A stretch of DNA of 63,928 nt, filler included, from Octopus bimaculoides (lineage: Eukaryota): the NCBI RefSeq assembly GCF_001194135.2. It is 6 parts of 6 records of this genome, joined end to end, with 100 filler letters (N's around TTAATTAATTAA, not from the genome) between each part and the next. Parts side by side here need not be neighbours in the genome. Positions count along the whole stretch, not along the records: positions 19,151 to 36,209 come from NC_068986.1; positions 36,310 to 57,685 come from NC_068990.1; 4 more parts are not named here. One strand, 5' to 3'. Shown piece by piece: positions 26,744-40,059 of the stretch. Numbering within the stretch: position 1 is the stretch's first letter; each line of letters opens with the position of its first letter. Position numbers and translations under genes: made by a program. A model generated the notes under the pieces. It was given only the letters and a program-made list of their open reading frames with translations. It had not been told where the DNA came from and searched no databases.

Positions 26744-28104
26744 ACCAAGTTCTAAAAACATCATTGAAATATAAGTCACTCACTGATACAGCAATTAGAC
26801 AAATGAATAAAGCGTAATAGCATATAGTTACAACTGCAAAAACAAATCAACAAATCAGAATAATTTCTACCCTATATCGGTGGATTTTGTATCAAATCGA
26901 ACAGAGCTTAAGTTTTGTTGATTTTTCTGCATTTTCCATGTTAATATCCATATATATTATATAGAATATAGATGAGTGTGCGTGCATGTGTTTGTATCAA
27001 AATATATCAATGATTATATATGCATGTATATGCATTGCATGAATGCATGTATATATATATATATNNNNNNNNNNNNNNNNNNNNNNNNNNNNNNNNNNNN
27101 NNNNNNNNNNNNNNNNNNNNNNNNNNNNNNNNNNNNNNNNNNNNNNNNNNNNNNNNNNNNNNNNNNNNNNNNNNNNNNNNNNNNNNNNNNNNNNNNNNNN
27201 NNNNNNNNNNNNNNNNNNNNNNNNNNNNNNNNNNNNNNNNNNNNNNNNNNNNNNNNNNNNNNNNNNNNNNNNNNNNNNNNNNNNNNNNNNNNNNNNNNNN
27301 NNNNNNNNNNNNNNNNNNNNNNNNNNNNNNNNNNNNNNNNNNNNNNNNNNNNAAATGTGGTGAGTGTGTGAGCGTGGGTGCTGGCATCTGTGTGTATATG
27401 TACGCGCACACTCCCGTACTCACGCTAGCACAGACTCTCACACACAAACACACACACACACACACACGCACACAAACACACGCACACACACACACACGCA
27501 CACACACACACGCACACACACACACGAGATGTATAAATATGTGCATGTGGGTGCGGCATTGGCTTTGTATGTTTATCTCTGTATAGATGTGTACGTGTGT
27601 GCAATTGAGCTTGCTACATATGCATGCACACGTGAACGTGTATATGGTGCAAGTATAAGTGCGGCTGAGCGGTTGTCCTAGTGTGGTGAATTGTTTCTTA
27701 TGCGTGCGGTCTTAATTTATGCTAGTTTAGTTGGTTCATGTCCCAAAGTGGAGCTTGTGACGTCGGACAATCTTTTTGTCAAAATTCTTAGTGCTTAGGC
27801 AGAAATTAAGTCCAAGTTCTAAGACAGAGATATCGTATGGCGACTGTTTTAGCTTAGGTAAATTTATTATCATCTTTATTTCTAATGTATTGGTTTAGCG
27901 TTTTCCTTAGCATTACTTACTTTAGAATTTTACTCGCTTGTTGGGGACTTTGGTCGAACACTTCACTTAAAGCATGGAATCTGTTAGGTGTCAAAACATG
28001 CTGTTGATAATTTCGTGAGGAGTCATAACTTCTACTCGTCTTTGTCGGAGTAACTCATTTCTGGTTGGGTGATAACAATTGTGTGACTTCTTTGGTTTTT
28101 GTTG

Positions 28105-28600
28105 GTATTTGAAACGCTTTCTGTTATGGAAAAGGAACACATTTATTGTTTTGAAGAAAGAATTGAAAATCACTTCGCATTTATGATTGATCAAAGTGAA
28201 ACTTTTCTGGGGAGTTTCCAATGACCAGTTCGAAAAGCATATTCCAGGGCAAAAAGGCCACTATCATATGCGCAAACTTGGTGATTAGATATATGAACTT
28301 CTTGAACTGTAGGAATTATCTTTGTTGTGATTACAGCATTGTTATTTGTGCTATTAATTTCTGTAATACTAGTGAGTTCAAAATGCCATGAATATAAAAA
28401 TCGCCGAAATAATTGGTCGACAAAACACGATGATTGTTTCTGGCGTGATGAAGGAGCGGTTTGCGGTGAGGACTGCATGTTAGAGATTCCGTGTGAAAAA
28501 AATGTTCGGTTGTATTGGAATTGCAGGAAAATTTTCGCTACGATTTTCAACCCAGCGTCAATAAGTTTATTACATAACATTTGTCCCGAAAGTAAAAACG
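28105..28600 (-). pseudogene. Ulp1/C48-like cysteine protease domain, frameshifted (likely transposon-borne)
   Basis: Across frameshifts: LHHARNNH(R)VLST, QVCAYD(S)GLFALEYAF / ELVIGNSPEKFHFDQS*MRSDF..LQNNKCVPFP. Resembles HW...Q..DCGLFA...G.DP...FDQ..MR.HL...PFP, with the catalytic Cys read as Ser. Confidence 0.55.
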
Positions 28601-29924
28601 ACTTCTCATATTTCAAAGCAAATGTTCTCAACCAACATGTACGTTGCCCACTGGCTCTGAAGAACAAGAAATTAGCTTTTTTCAGCATCTTTTAGTTTTT
28701 CTTGTCCAAATTTCCATTTTATTTTTCCAAGTTCATCAAGGTGAAAGTTCATGTCTTAGCGGTTACGGTATTGTAAAGTCGTGAGTTCGACTCCTGGCAT
28801 CGTACATCCTAGAATATGACAGATTGCTCTAATCAACTCCGCTGGCATAAATATATATTTATATACATACAGTAATCTATCACCATATCGCGGTTCACCT
28901 TTCGTTATTTATAATTAATTCAAGCTTACATCGATTCCTCCGAGTTGTTGTTTTGCACTTATAATAAAATAAATATATACAAATTATTAAAATAATCAAA
29001 AATGTACAGTACAGTAAAGGTTCTACTTCGTGGAGTTTCTCCTATCACGGAATGGTCTTGAAACGTTACCCCTGCGATATGGATTACCGTAGCCGATTTA
29101 TTCGACAAAGAAGTTTTGAAGCGCGTAAACGAACCAGTCCGTATTGTTAGCTACTGAAACAAGTAAAAGATAAAAGATATATGTGTATGCTGATGTTGCT
29201 CAAACTTATTGCGTGTATCTCGGTGTTTCTAAATTTACGTCATCGTCACGTCTCTGTTTGACAAGATAGAAAATATAGGATGTACTAGAGGCGAGTAAAA
29301 TTTGTGAAGGCCTTGTCTCACTAAGGCCGCAGTTTAAATCCAGAAGATGACTTGAATTATTTTCTGTAACAACTGTTAAAATAAATCTCAGAGAACAAAC
29401 TTTGCCGGAACTAAGAAGTCTGGAAGCATTGTTCTATATCAATTAATAAAAAGCTATAACTGAGATTTAATAAAATCTATTTCCCGAAAATAATTTTCTG
29501 TTGGCTTCAAAACAATATTCACCCGTGGACCATTCTTGATCTCTAACAGAGAAGAACGTTGTAAAACACTGGCCAGACATTGTCCAAAATACTAGTAGAT
29601 TCAAACATTATAAGCAATGTGAATGTAGACAGCTCTCAAACTGCAGATACAGAATGAGGAGTATAATGAGAGTAAATGTAATAAGGAAGCGTTTAACACA
29701 TTGATCTGACTGGATTCGAACGAGAACTCTGATTTATATAATGAGAGTTTTGGTAATTGTAGTTCTTCAGTAATGATAATTGCTTGTTTATCTTCCACTG
29801 TTTTGTCAATAGTACATTATTAAATTTTGCAGACAGAGAGCATCGTTTTCAAATATTTTTCTATAAATATCGTTAAACGAAATAGTGTAACCGGCCTATT
29901 GTAGTTGCATGGAAGGTGAAGATG

Positions 29925-30240
29925 CATGGCTGAGAGGTTAGGATAGTTGACACACGATCGTAAGGTCATGAGTTCCATTCCTGGCAGCGTGCTATGTACT
30001 TGAGCAAGACACTATTTCACATTGCTCTAATCAGCTCTGCTGGTAAAGATGAGTTGTAATTGGAAGCCAAAGGGACCAGACATGTTTCTTTCTGCGTCAC
30101 GCTGAATCTCCCTGAGGACTACGCTGGAATACGCATGACTCCGTAGTGTTCAGCTACGTCCACGTCGATCTTACGAACGGGCTGTTCCGTTCGTATTATT
30201 AACAGAAACCCCCCACGTTATAAGCGACGCAGTGTCAGTG
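29925..30240 (+). mobile_element. tRNA-derived SINE, third family
   Basis: Homologous to 35503-35880 (gtcacgctgaatctcc...actacg...gctgttccgtt). Confidence 0.7.
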
Positions 30241-33177
30241 CGAGATTCATCGATATAGTATTTTCAGCCATTTAAGATAAGTAATAGGTTTCATACGTGA
30301 ATAATCCTGTTCTTTAAATAATTTTATTTTTGAATGAGATTTGATATAAAATTATCTGGAAGTATAATACGAATATAGTAAAAACAATATAGATCGAGAA
30401 TATTTGAAAATATGTATTCTTAACAATTTGACTGGTGTCGCACGAAGACTTATCTAACCTAGTTTCGTGAATTATTTATCATTAATGATACTGAGCGTGC
30501 GACATGTATTTAAAACATTGCTATACATTACATTCAGGAGGCGTATGTTTAGTGAAAGATTTCTACTTTAGGCTATGAATCTTATCGATCCTGATTAACC
30601 ATACTATTGTGACATCCATCAACTCTGGATGGCTAAAAATGAAGCATGACCTCGGCTTGATGAGAACTGTATGGTAAAAAGCCGAAACATTTACTCCAGG
30701 TTTTGTTTTATTCCTTAATGATTGTGCCATGTCGTACTATTAAAATGATTGGTACAATGGCAGCAATTTCGTAGTGATTAGTAGATATCACATGTTGCAG
30801 CACTTGAATGGTACCTTATTTTACCCATGAAAAATGTTAGAATTTGAATCCCGTAGTATATAAACGCTGTATATAATAACCTGTTGAAATACCGCAAAGC
30901 ACTTTTTCTCGAAGATCCTTGCATGTCAGTATATAACGGCTTACGTTTTAAGGACGATGCCAGCGAAAATCAAGCCAGCAAAGGGTACTTTGATGCCTTG
31001 GACCAAGTTCTTAACTGGCATTTTATCTTACCGAATACGAATAAATAAAAGAAAAACTGTACTTCGGTAGGTCACGAATGGAATAAGGTAAAGTATGTTC
31101 TGTGACACGTGAAATATGCTGCATGTATTTAATAAAACAAGTATTAAAAAAAGAACGTTATAGTCGGTAATAAAATATTTATTTTCTCTAACACCTTGCG
31201 CATATTTCCATCACAGAGATTGACAAGGAAAGCGTTGTTAAGCAAGGACAACCGTTCTAGAATTAAATCAGTAAAAATATTAAAAATATGTCATTACAAC
31301 ACAGTGCTTTCTTTATTTTTTTCTGCTTTGGCTTACAACGCCATGACACTTCATTTTCAACGAATGGAATCCAATTTCGTATTTATGAAATTTAGGTCTC
31401 AGACTTTTGGCGAATATTGAAGCATAACATTTTACTATTAATCTAAAGGGCAGATGACATATAAAAATATCTTAATAGATCCAATCATAGTTTTGAACGG
31501 GCACATCATTTTTTACGACTAATAAAAGTGTCACTGTATGAGAAAAACGTATGATATATACATACATGCATATATATATATATATATANNNNNNNNNNNN
31601 NNNNNNNNNNNNNNNNNNNNNNNNNNNNNNNNNNNNNNNNNNNNNNNNNNNNNNNNNNNNNNNNNNNNNNNNNNNNNNNNNNNNNNNNNNNNNNNNNNNN
31701 NNNNNNNNNNNNNNNNNNNNNNNNNNNNNNNNNNNNNNNNNNNNNNNNNNNNNNNNNNNNNNNNNNNNNNNNNNNNNNNNNNNNNNNNNNNNNNNNNNNN
31801 NNNNNNNNNNNNNNNNNNNNNNNNNNNNNNNNNNNNNNNNNNNNNNNNNNNNNNNNNNNNNNNNNNNNNNNNNNNNNNNNNNNNNNNNNNNNNNNNNNNN
31901 NNNNNNNNNNNNNNNNNNNNNNNNNNNNNNNNNNNNNNNNNNNNNNNNNNNNNNNNNNNNNNNNNNNNNNNNNNNNNNNNNNNNNNNNNNNNNNNNNNNN
32001 NNNNNNNNNNNNNNNNNNNNNNNNNNNNNNNNNNNNNNNNNNNNNNNNNNNNNNNNNNNNNNNNNNNNNNNNNNNNNNNNNNNNNNNNNNNNNNNNNNNN
32101 NNNNNNNNNNNNNNNNNNNNNNNNNNNNNNNNNNNNNNNNNNNNNNNNNNNNNNNNNNNNNNNNNNNNNNNNNNNNNNNNNNNNNNNNNNNNNNNNNNNN
32201 NNNNNNNNNNNNNNNNNNNNNNNNNNNNNNNNNNNNNNNNNNNNNNNNNNNNNNNNNNNNNNNNNNNNNNNNNNNNNNNNNNNNNNNNNNNNNNNNNNNN
32301 NNNNNNNNNNNNNNNNNNNNNNNNNNNNNNNNNNNNNNNNNNNNNNNNNNNNNNNNNNNNNNNNNNNNNNNNNNNNNNNNNNNNNNNNNNNNNNNNNNNN
32401 NNNNNNNNNNNNNNNNNNNNNNNNNNNNGTGTGTGTGTGTGTCTGTGTCTGTGTCTCTGTGTGTGTGCGTGTGTTTGTGTGTGCACGTGTGTGTATTTAT
32501 TTATAATTTTAGAAGTATGTGTGTAATGAATTTGTGATGGTTTGGCTAGAGTGAGCAAAAAGGAAAAAAAAAACAAAAAACAAACGACAGCAACAAAAGA
32601 AGTGGGCAAAAAAGTAGGAGAGAAGGAAATCGAAACAACAAAAATAATGGAAGTGAAACGAAAGTAATGTAAAGAAGGAATGAGGAGAAAACGCGGTATT
32701 TTTCTGGGATACTTGTAATCGTATTATATTTTCTACACATGGATAACAAGAAGAGGGAATGACTAAGAGAAACTAAACATCTTGAATTATTGTCAATTTC
32801 AACCATCCCTGAAAAAAGAACTTTTTTTTTACCCTATCTGATGCTCATGTCCACATACAATGCAGTTTCAACAATTTCGGGAAAAAGACACCTCTCTCTC
32901 TCTCTTTTTCTCTCATTCTTTCTGTTTTCTTATTTTTTACTTTATTCATTTTTTCATTTCTTCTCCATGTCCTATTTTCTTGGATCTTTCTTTGTCTTTT
33001 TTTTTTCTAGCATTCATTCTTTAATTTTCATTTGTTCCTTTTTTCTCCCTCTAAGCAACTCTCCAAAAAATTGCCACTTAAACATGCATACATACATATA
33101 TTCATCATTTCTGATGAATCACTAAACCAACATCTTCCCCTATGTAGACACATACCCACACACGTACACACATACAA

Positions 33178-33189
33178 ATAGATAGATGA

Positions 33190-33241
<52 letters not shown>

Positions 33242-33242
33242 G
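33178..33242. repeat. (GATA)n microsatellite
   Basis: Direct reading. Confidence 0.95.
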
Positions 33243-35122
33243 ATGCGATGCAATAAAACGCTTCTCGTTCCTATTTCAACTTAACTGAATAATATTCATC
33301 ACTAGCTTTCCATATACATTGCTTATCGAAAGACCAAATATTAGTAAATGTATGCCAGCGTATGAGAGCATAATGTTTGATGTTTAGTCACTGTGTAGAG
33401 AGGAATGAAAATATATTTAAATTACAGTAGGAACAATTGAAGTTCACTCTAATGTAATTAGTTTTGAATCCCTCAAATTACATAGATTCATAAACAATCA
33501 AACATTGATTAAATACAGTAAATTACTGAAATTCGTTCGATACAAAATTTGCAAGAGAAATTTTTATAAGAACATTTAGGAAAGAAAATTTACTATTAAG
33601 TAGATTGGACGAAAATTAAAACGAGTTTAGACCTTAATTCTTTCCTATTAAAACATGTATTTCTGTTCAGAGTATATTACTCAAGTGGACTATTTCCGTC
33701 TGGAAAACAAAAGAAGAAATCAATCAATTCTGTGTTATGCAGAAAATTAATTTGAGACAATCACGTATTATGTGAATATATTCACGCAGGTTATTATATT
33801 TATAACTCAAGTATACAGAATAATATTAAGAACAAAAATAGTTGACAATGTAATTTTAAATAAATAAATAGCCTTCAATTCGTAAGGTTTCGTTAATATC
33901 TTCAGATCTTCATTGAGAAAATATTCCGAAAGAGGAGATATAATTAAAGTATTTTTTTGCGATATTATAATTGTATATAAGATGCATTCCATTTCCAGGA
34001 AATATATCGGAAACAGTTTATTGCACTAAGTTAGTGTCCATGAATAATCGTCTGAGAGCTTTAATCTAATCATATTAATTAATAAATGCAGTATTGCCAT
34101 GTATTTTGAAAGTAATATTATTTCAGTAATGTTATCAAACTTCTGCCACGTATATAATTAATAACACCATTCGCATTTTAAATTCTCTCAACGATAAACT
34201 ATTCCAAAAAGAAAGATAATAACATATATTTTATACAGGTAATAATTATAGACGATATACTTTCATGAAAAGAAATAAGAAGGAATACAATTAAAATGAT
34301 ACCTACATAAAAGAGCAAATGCTTAAAACCACATAATTACATTTAAAGAAAACCCTCCGCTCATTAATATTGTTATAACTTGAAGACTATTGTCATATCG
34401 GTGCTCAATGTTACCCCACAAGAAGGAAACGATAACAGAAAAAAATACATACATTGAAATACGGCAGCAATTTGCAAATGGTTTTCAATTAAATCCTTCA
34501 TTTCATGCTCTACCATTTCATAATTATCATGGAATCAATGAATTGATGACATATTGTATTAATACGCTCAAAATACATGTTGCTTATAGGGATGTACAAT
34601 TATACACCATTACTGAATTCATCTAATAATATTGATTTATAAATCAATTACAATTAACTTTAGTAAGAAAAAAAAAAACGCTATATGATATAGAGCGATG
34701 CATTAAGACAGTGAAAGTAGTAGTTTCCAATTGCGATAAACGAGTGTATAAAATTACATCCATTATATTAATACACCAGGCTGCAGTGCTTTGCAGAAAT
34801 GATTTATAATATTTATAGCGTTATTGTTAATAACAGAGTTTTGAACTAAGTTATTATGTATGATGCCACCTGGTCTAGAATATTAGTATGTAATTATGTG
34901 TATTAGAAAAAAAAATCGTAAAACCTATGTATATCTATGTAAGTATTTCAGCTTTAAATATTAATGGTATAACATATGCAGATACTTGTACAAACAAGCA
35001 AACACATATATGTATATACATACGAAGTTCTTTAATGTCGTTGAGGTCAATTTTGCATGTAACCAATCCGACTCGATATATATATATATAATCAAAATAA
35101 ATAACAAGGATATTCAAGGTTA

Positions 35123-35212
35123 ATGCAGTACGATCGTTTCATGCGACTCCATTTATCTAAGCAATGTGAGCATTATATTAAAAGTAAAATGCAGAGCAAT
35201 CTTCAGCTGCAC
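35123..35212 (-). ncRNA. Type-I hammerhead, family B copy 2
   Basis: Minus strand: GUGCAG-CUGAAGA-UUGC...GCAU-GAAAC-GAUC-GUA^CUGCAU. Stems I and III are identical to the 18007-18095 copy; the distal stem II has diverged but can still pair. Confidence 0.7.
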
Positions 35213-35502
35213 AAAGATACAGGATATTTACTGAAATTTCATTTCACGAGAAGGACATATTGTAACTGCATTTAAACAATACAAGTGGGAAGGAAGAATA
35301 CCCAACAACATTTCGACTTAGCCAGACCAAACAGGCTAATTATAAAGATCATAATACTGATCTTTATACTTCTTAATTCCGCCTCAAATCATTTATTTGT
35401 ATGTATATGTCTTTTTTTTATATATAAAAAAGAGAAACATCACTTTTACAATTCGTTAGCATTTTCTTTGTTTCTTTTTAGGTTTCCCGTGTTTATACCA
35501 GT

Positions 35503-35880
35503 GGACGCGCAATGGCCCAGTGGTTAGGGCAGCAGACTCGTGGTCGTAGGGTCGCTGATTCGATTCGCAGCCCGGGCGTTATGTGTGTTCATTGAGCGAA
35601 AACACCTAAAGTTTCACAAGGTTCGCGCAGGAGATAGTGGTGAACCCTGCTGTGATCTTTCACCACAAATTTCTCTCACTCTGTCTTCCTGTTTCTGTTG
35701 TACTTGTATTTCAAAGGGCCAGCCCTGTCACAATCTGTGTCACGCTGAATCTCCTCAAGAACTACGTTAAGGGTATACGTGTCTTTGGATTGTTCAGCCA
35801 CTTGGACGTTAATTTCAGGAGCAGGCTGTTCTGTTGATCGGATCAACTGGAACCCTCGTTGTAACCGACGGAGTGCCAAC
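35503..35880 (+). mobile_element. tRNA-derived SINE, third family
   Basis: tggcccagtggttagg (A box), gattcgattc (B box), tail accgacggagtgccaac. Confidence 0.8.
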
Positions 35881-36310
35881 CAATTTATACCACAACTAGT
35901 CACTGCTTAAAAGGGTAAAGGATTATCAATTTATTAATTAATAAATCAATTAACTTATTTAAAAGTTCATATATATTTATAAATATAATTAAGGGATCAG
36001 CAAATATTTGCTTCACCATATACCGAAGTTCAGAAATAGCAGCAAAAAAGCTGAGAATCCCACAGATAGCATCACTTGTAACTCACAAAGGCAAAAACAA
36101 GAAGAAAAAAACAATGAAAACTAACCAATTCCGATGTTTAACAGTAGAGGCGTTTCTGGATCATGATTGATTATACTCAATTTCCTTCATCAATACTGTA
36201 TTCCAGTAGNNNNNNNNNNNNNNNNNNNNNNNNNNNNNNNNNNNNNNNNNNNNTTAATTAATTAANNNNNNNNNNNNNNNNNNNNNNNNNNNNNNNNNNN
36301 NNNNNNNNNT

Positions 36311-36799
36311 TTTGGAAGCAACAATCTTCACTGGACAAGGAAAGGGAGAAAATATGTTTATTTCAAGAATACCACTGATTCCAACAGACATGCCCTTTGA
36401 ATTCAAGAGACTTCAATTTCCAGTATCAGTTAGCTTTGAATGTCAGGTAACAAGAGTCAAGGACAATCACTCAAAATTGTCGGACTTCACCACAAGCAGC
36501 ACTGCTTGTCTCATGGTCAGGTCTATGTTGGTTATTCCAGAGTTGGAAATGGCAACAATCTCTTCATACACCAAATGGTGAAACCAAGAATATTGTTTAT
36601 CCTGCTGCTTTACAGTGATCTCCAAATGTCAGTGATACAAAATTCTCCAAATGTGATACTATGTAATATAAATCTGAGATGGTAGGATACCAATAAATGC
36701 TTTATTATTATTTCTCTACCTAGTTTTGGGCTGGAGGCCCAATTAGCCCTCTGCAGGAGCTAGCTTAAAAGTCCACACTGAGTGCGGCTTTTAAGCTAG
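36311..36799 (+). mobile_element. Helitron 3' end (Pif1 helicase C-terminus plus terminal hairpin/CTAG)
   Basis: RIPLIPTDMPFEFKRLQFPV / NKSQGQSLKIVG / SHGQVYVGYSRV. Hairpin 36760-36799 ends in CTAG|T. Confidence 0.8.
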
Positions 36800-37052
36800 T
36801 ACTTAATATCGGCAGTATAGTTGCTACTCTTATTAGTATCTCTAGCATTATTTTTGCTAATATGGTCCCCATTATTTTTAATAATAATGGTATTAGTATT
36901 ATAAACATCAGCAAGAGTAACAAGCAAATTAGAATTAGTGAGGGTGTCCGGAATAGCATTGGCACTTTCAAGATGAGAATGATGCCTATGTACATATCTA
37001 TTAGAACAATTTCTACCCTTAAATTGGTATCTGATTTAATGGAGTATCATTA

Positions 37053-39166
37053 CACTGGTTTACAGAGAAATTGAGGCAAATACAAAAATAGTTGTTCTAG
37101 CCTAATTTGGGGGTGTCAATTTCAGATACAAAACCAGTTTTCACTCATCACCTCTAGTTTTTGAGATATACATTATGATTTTGTGACAATTCACATAACC
37201 ATATATATGATCAATTTATATTTTTTTCCCCAGATTTTTGTGATACATATCTCTACAAAGGCTTCATGCACTTCAAAACACCAAGGATGTATCAACAAGG
37301 CAAATTCACTCTACGTGTGTGCGGATTTCACAACAGTTGCACAGCACCAAACAATTACTTCCCTCCTGAGAACTGCTTACTTTCATTATTTTAACTGTAA
37401 AATTGGAGATCAGGACAGATCCTGGGCCCCACACATCTGTTGTAAACCCTGCTACAATGGACTAACTGCAGGGTTTAATGGCAAGAAAGCAGCCTTCATC
37501 TTTGCTGTCCCATGCAGATGATTGTTATTTTTGTCTAACAAATATAACAGGTTTCAATGTTTCTTCTAGGAAAAAGATCAAATATCTCAACCTTCCCTCA
37601 GTTATGAGACATGTTCCCCATTCAAATGATCTCCCTGTCCCTACACCTCCAACAAATAAGGATCTTCTTCCTTCATCAGATGAAGAAATGCCTTCAGGGG
37701 AAGATTCTGCCAAGTCGATCTCTTCTGAAGCCAATGCCTCTGTTTATTCTAGAGCAAGTGGCAATGAGCCCCACTGGATCACACAGGAAGACCTGAATGA
37801 CCTTGCCCGTGATTTGTATCTATCTAAGCAGCAGTCAGAGCTCCTGGCATCCCAGCTTAAGCAGTAGAACTTGGTCAAGGCAGATGTTAGGATCACCAGT
37901 TTCAGGACACGGAACCAGGACTTTGCTTCATTCTTCAACATGAAAAATAGGTTGTGCTACTGTACAAATGTCTCTAGCTTCTTCACCTTCCTTGGTTTCC
38001 CACACAATCCCTTAGACTAGCATCTTTTCATAGACTCTTCCAAGCGAAGTCTTATTGCTGTGCTCCTGCACAATTGGAATAAATACCCCAGCATTCCCAT
38101 TGCCTACTCAGCCCATCTGAAGGAGTCGTATGACAATATGGAGCTTCTTTTGGAAGCTGTCAAATACAACCAGTACCAGTGGATTCTCTGCAGGGACCTC
38201 AAGGTCATTGGGCTCCTTATGGGTAGGCAAACAGGCTTCACAAAGTACAGTTGCTTTATTTATCTCAAGCACTGCAAGCAGAATGACTGAGGATCTTGGA
38301 GCACTTTCATGCCTGGTGAACACAGTGTCCAAAAAAATCCTCTTCCTATCAAGCTTGGTTTAATGAAGAATTTCATGAAGGCCATGGACAAAAATGGCGC
38401 TGCCTTCCAATACTTGTGCACTCAGTTCTCAGCTCTGAGTTCTGCTAAGCTCAAGGAGGACATCTTTATCAGACCTCAGATCCGAAAGGGGTTGAAGGAT
38501 AAGGACTTTGAGGAATGAGAGCATGGGAAGCATTAAAATTAGTCTATCATGGCTTCCTTGGTAACACACAGGTACTAGATTGCCAAAAGTGTATTAAGAA
38601 GTTACAGTCTTATGAAGATATGGGATGTCGAATGTCACTCAAGATTTACTTTCTCCACTCCCACCTCAACTTCTTCCCTCCAAAGCTCAGAGTAGTGAGT
38701 GATGAGCATGGAGAAAGATTCCACCAAGATATTACTAAGATGAAGAGCAACTACCAAGGCAAGTGGAACCCCAACATGATGGGGGACTTTTGCTGGATGC
38801 TCCTGTGTGACATCCTGGAGGCAAAGTATACAAGATCATCCAAAAAAACTCACCTCTAACTGTCTGCTGTACTATGATTTATGTGTATTGTATTATCAAA
38901 ATAATTTAGTTCCATGAATGTTCTGTATCTATACTGCAATTTTTTTCTGTAATATGCCTTTGTAACAGATGAAATAAACACATTATATTTTGAATTTATC
39001 AGCAGATTAATTAAAATGGGATATGTGAAAGCAAAAAAAAACTAGGAGTGATAGAGCAAAACTGTTCAGAAAATTGAACTCAGATCAAAATTAGTAAAAA
39101 AAAAAAAAAAAACACCTATTCACACATCCTTGCCTCAGAGCAAAAAAAAAATTTTGTAAACCAGTG
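37053..39166 (+). mobile_element. Chapaev3 (CMC) DNA transposon with intact ends and decayed transposase
   Basis: TIR CACTGGTTTACA at both ends and 3-bp TSD TTA. Frameshifted transposase with YF..KIGDQDRSWAPHICC, DCYFC, EDLNDLARDLYLSKQQSELLAS, LFIDSSKRSL, IKLGLMKNFMKAM, SDEHGERFHQD. Confidence 0.85.
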
Positions 39167-39284
39167 TTATTGGTGGTTTATGTTACCAGTGATGTAATGG
39201 GCTATTCTTACCATTAGTATTATAATCATTGTTTCACATTTTACCATTTAGGTCATATTTACTTCCTAAATTTAAAACGTTATT

Positions 39285-39440
39285 CATCATCATCAATTAA
39301 CATCCATTTTCCATGTTATCATGGGTTGGACAGTTTGACAAGAGGTGCTAGGCCAGAAGACTGCACCAGGCTCCATTGTCTGTTGTGGCTTGGTTTCTAT
39401 AGCTGGAAGCCTTTCTTAACATCATCCACTTTACAGGATG
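39285..39440 (-). mobile_element. RTE 3' end
   Basis: tcatcatc...ccatgttatcatgggttggac...ttctatagctggaagcc. Confidence 0.65.
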
Positions 39441-40059
39441 AGATATTATTAATGTTTATGCCAATCCTTATTACTAATACCCCACAGTTGATATTCTCTT
39501 TTTTTTTCTTTTTCCTATAATTATTATTACTAGCAGAAAGACTGTCCTCCGGGCAATTTTCTGCTAGCCACTCAATAATATTTCCACATCTGATTCCCAA
39601 TTCTAATAATTTTTACAATATTTTGTCTAATTATTTCTTAGTATAATAGTGCTCACTTGCTTANNNNNNNNNNTGATTGATTGATTGATAGATAGATGGA
39701 TGGAGGGAGGGAGGGAGGGATACACACGCATTCACAACAGTCTGGTGATGTGAGAACACATGGGAATGACATTTCCTTACTTTTTCAAATATACCCAAAT
39801 TTAAAATGATCTAATATAACAATATCATACATTTTCTGCACAGAAACACTACTTCTTTCATTAACCTTCCTACTATTCCACTTGTGTATCCATAGCTTGC
39901 ATTGGGTGCACCAAATGGAATTCCTGCCAAAATCTTTCCCACATATCAAACAGGGCTATTTACCTGAAGCAAATAGGTTCTGTCTGTTTTCTTGCTTACC
40001 AGGATCTTGGTTTTTGCCAAGTTATCTGTAAGGCCCTGGCCCTTTAATTCCATGTTTTG

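Noticed and set aside
28327-28695. Plus-strand ORF resembling a secreted Cys-rich peptide (MITALLFVLLISVILVSS...)
   Set aside because: Starts at GTG and is the antisense shadow of the Ulp1-like remnant.
33681-33699. Minus-strand cassette reading DGNSPL, a possible ANKRD13C exon 2
   Set aside because: Adds an extra residue, lacks HLAVMLG, and hits a stop immediately after.
36765-37074. Overlapping hydrophobic ORFs left of the Chapaev element
   Set aside because: Decayed AAT/ATT-type low-complexity sequence with no recognisable domain.
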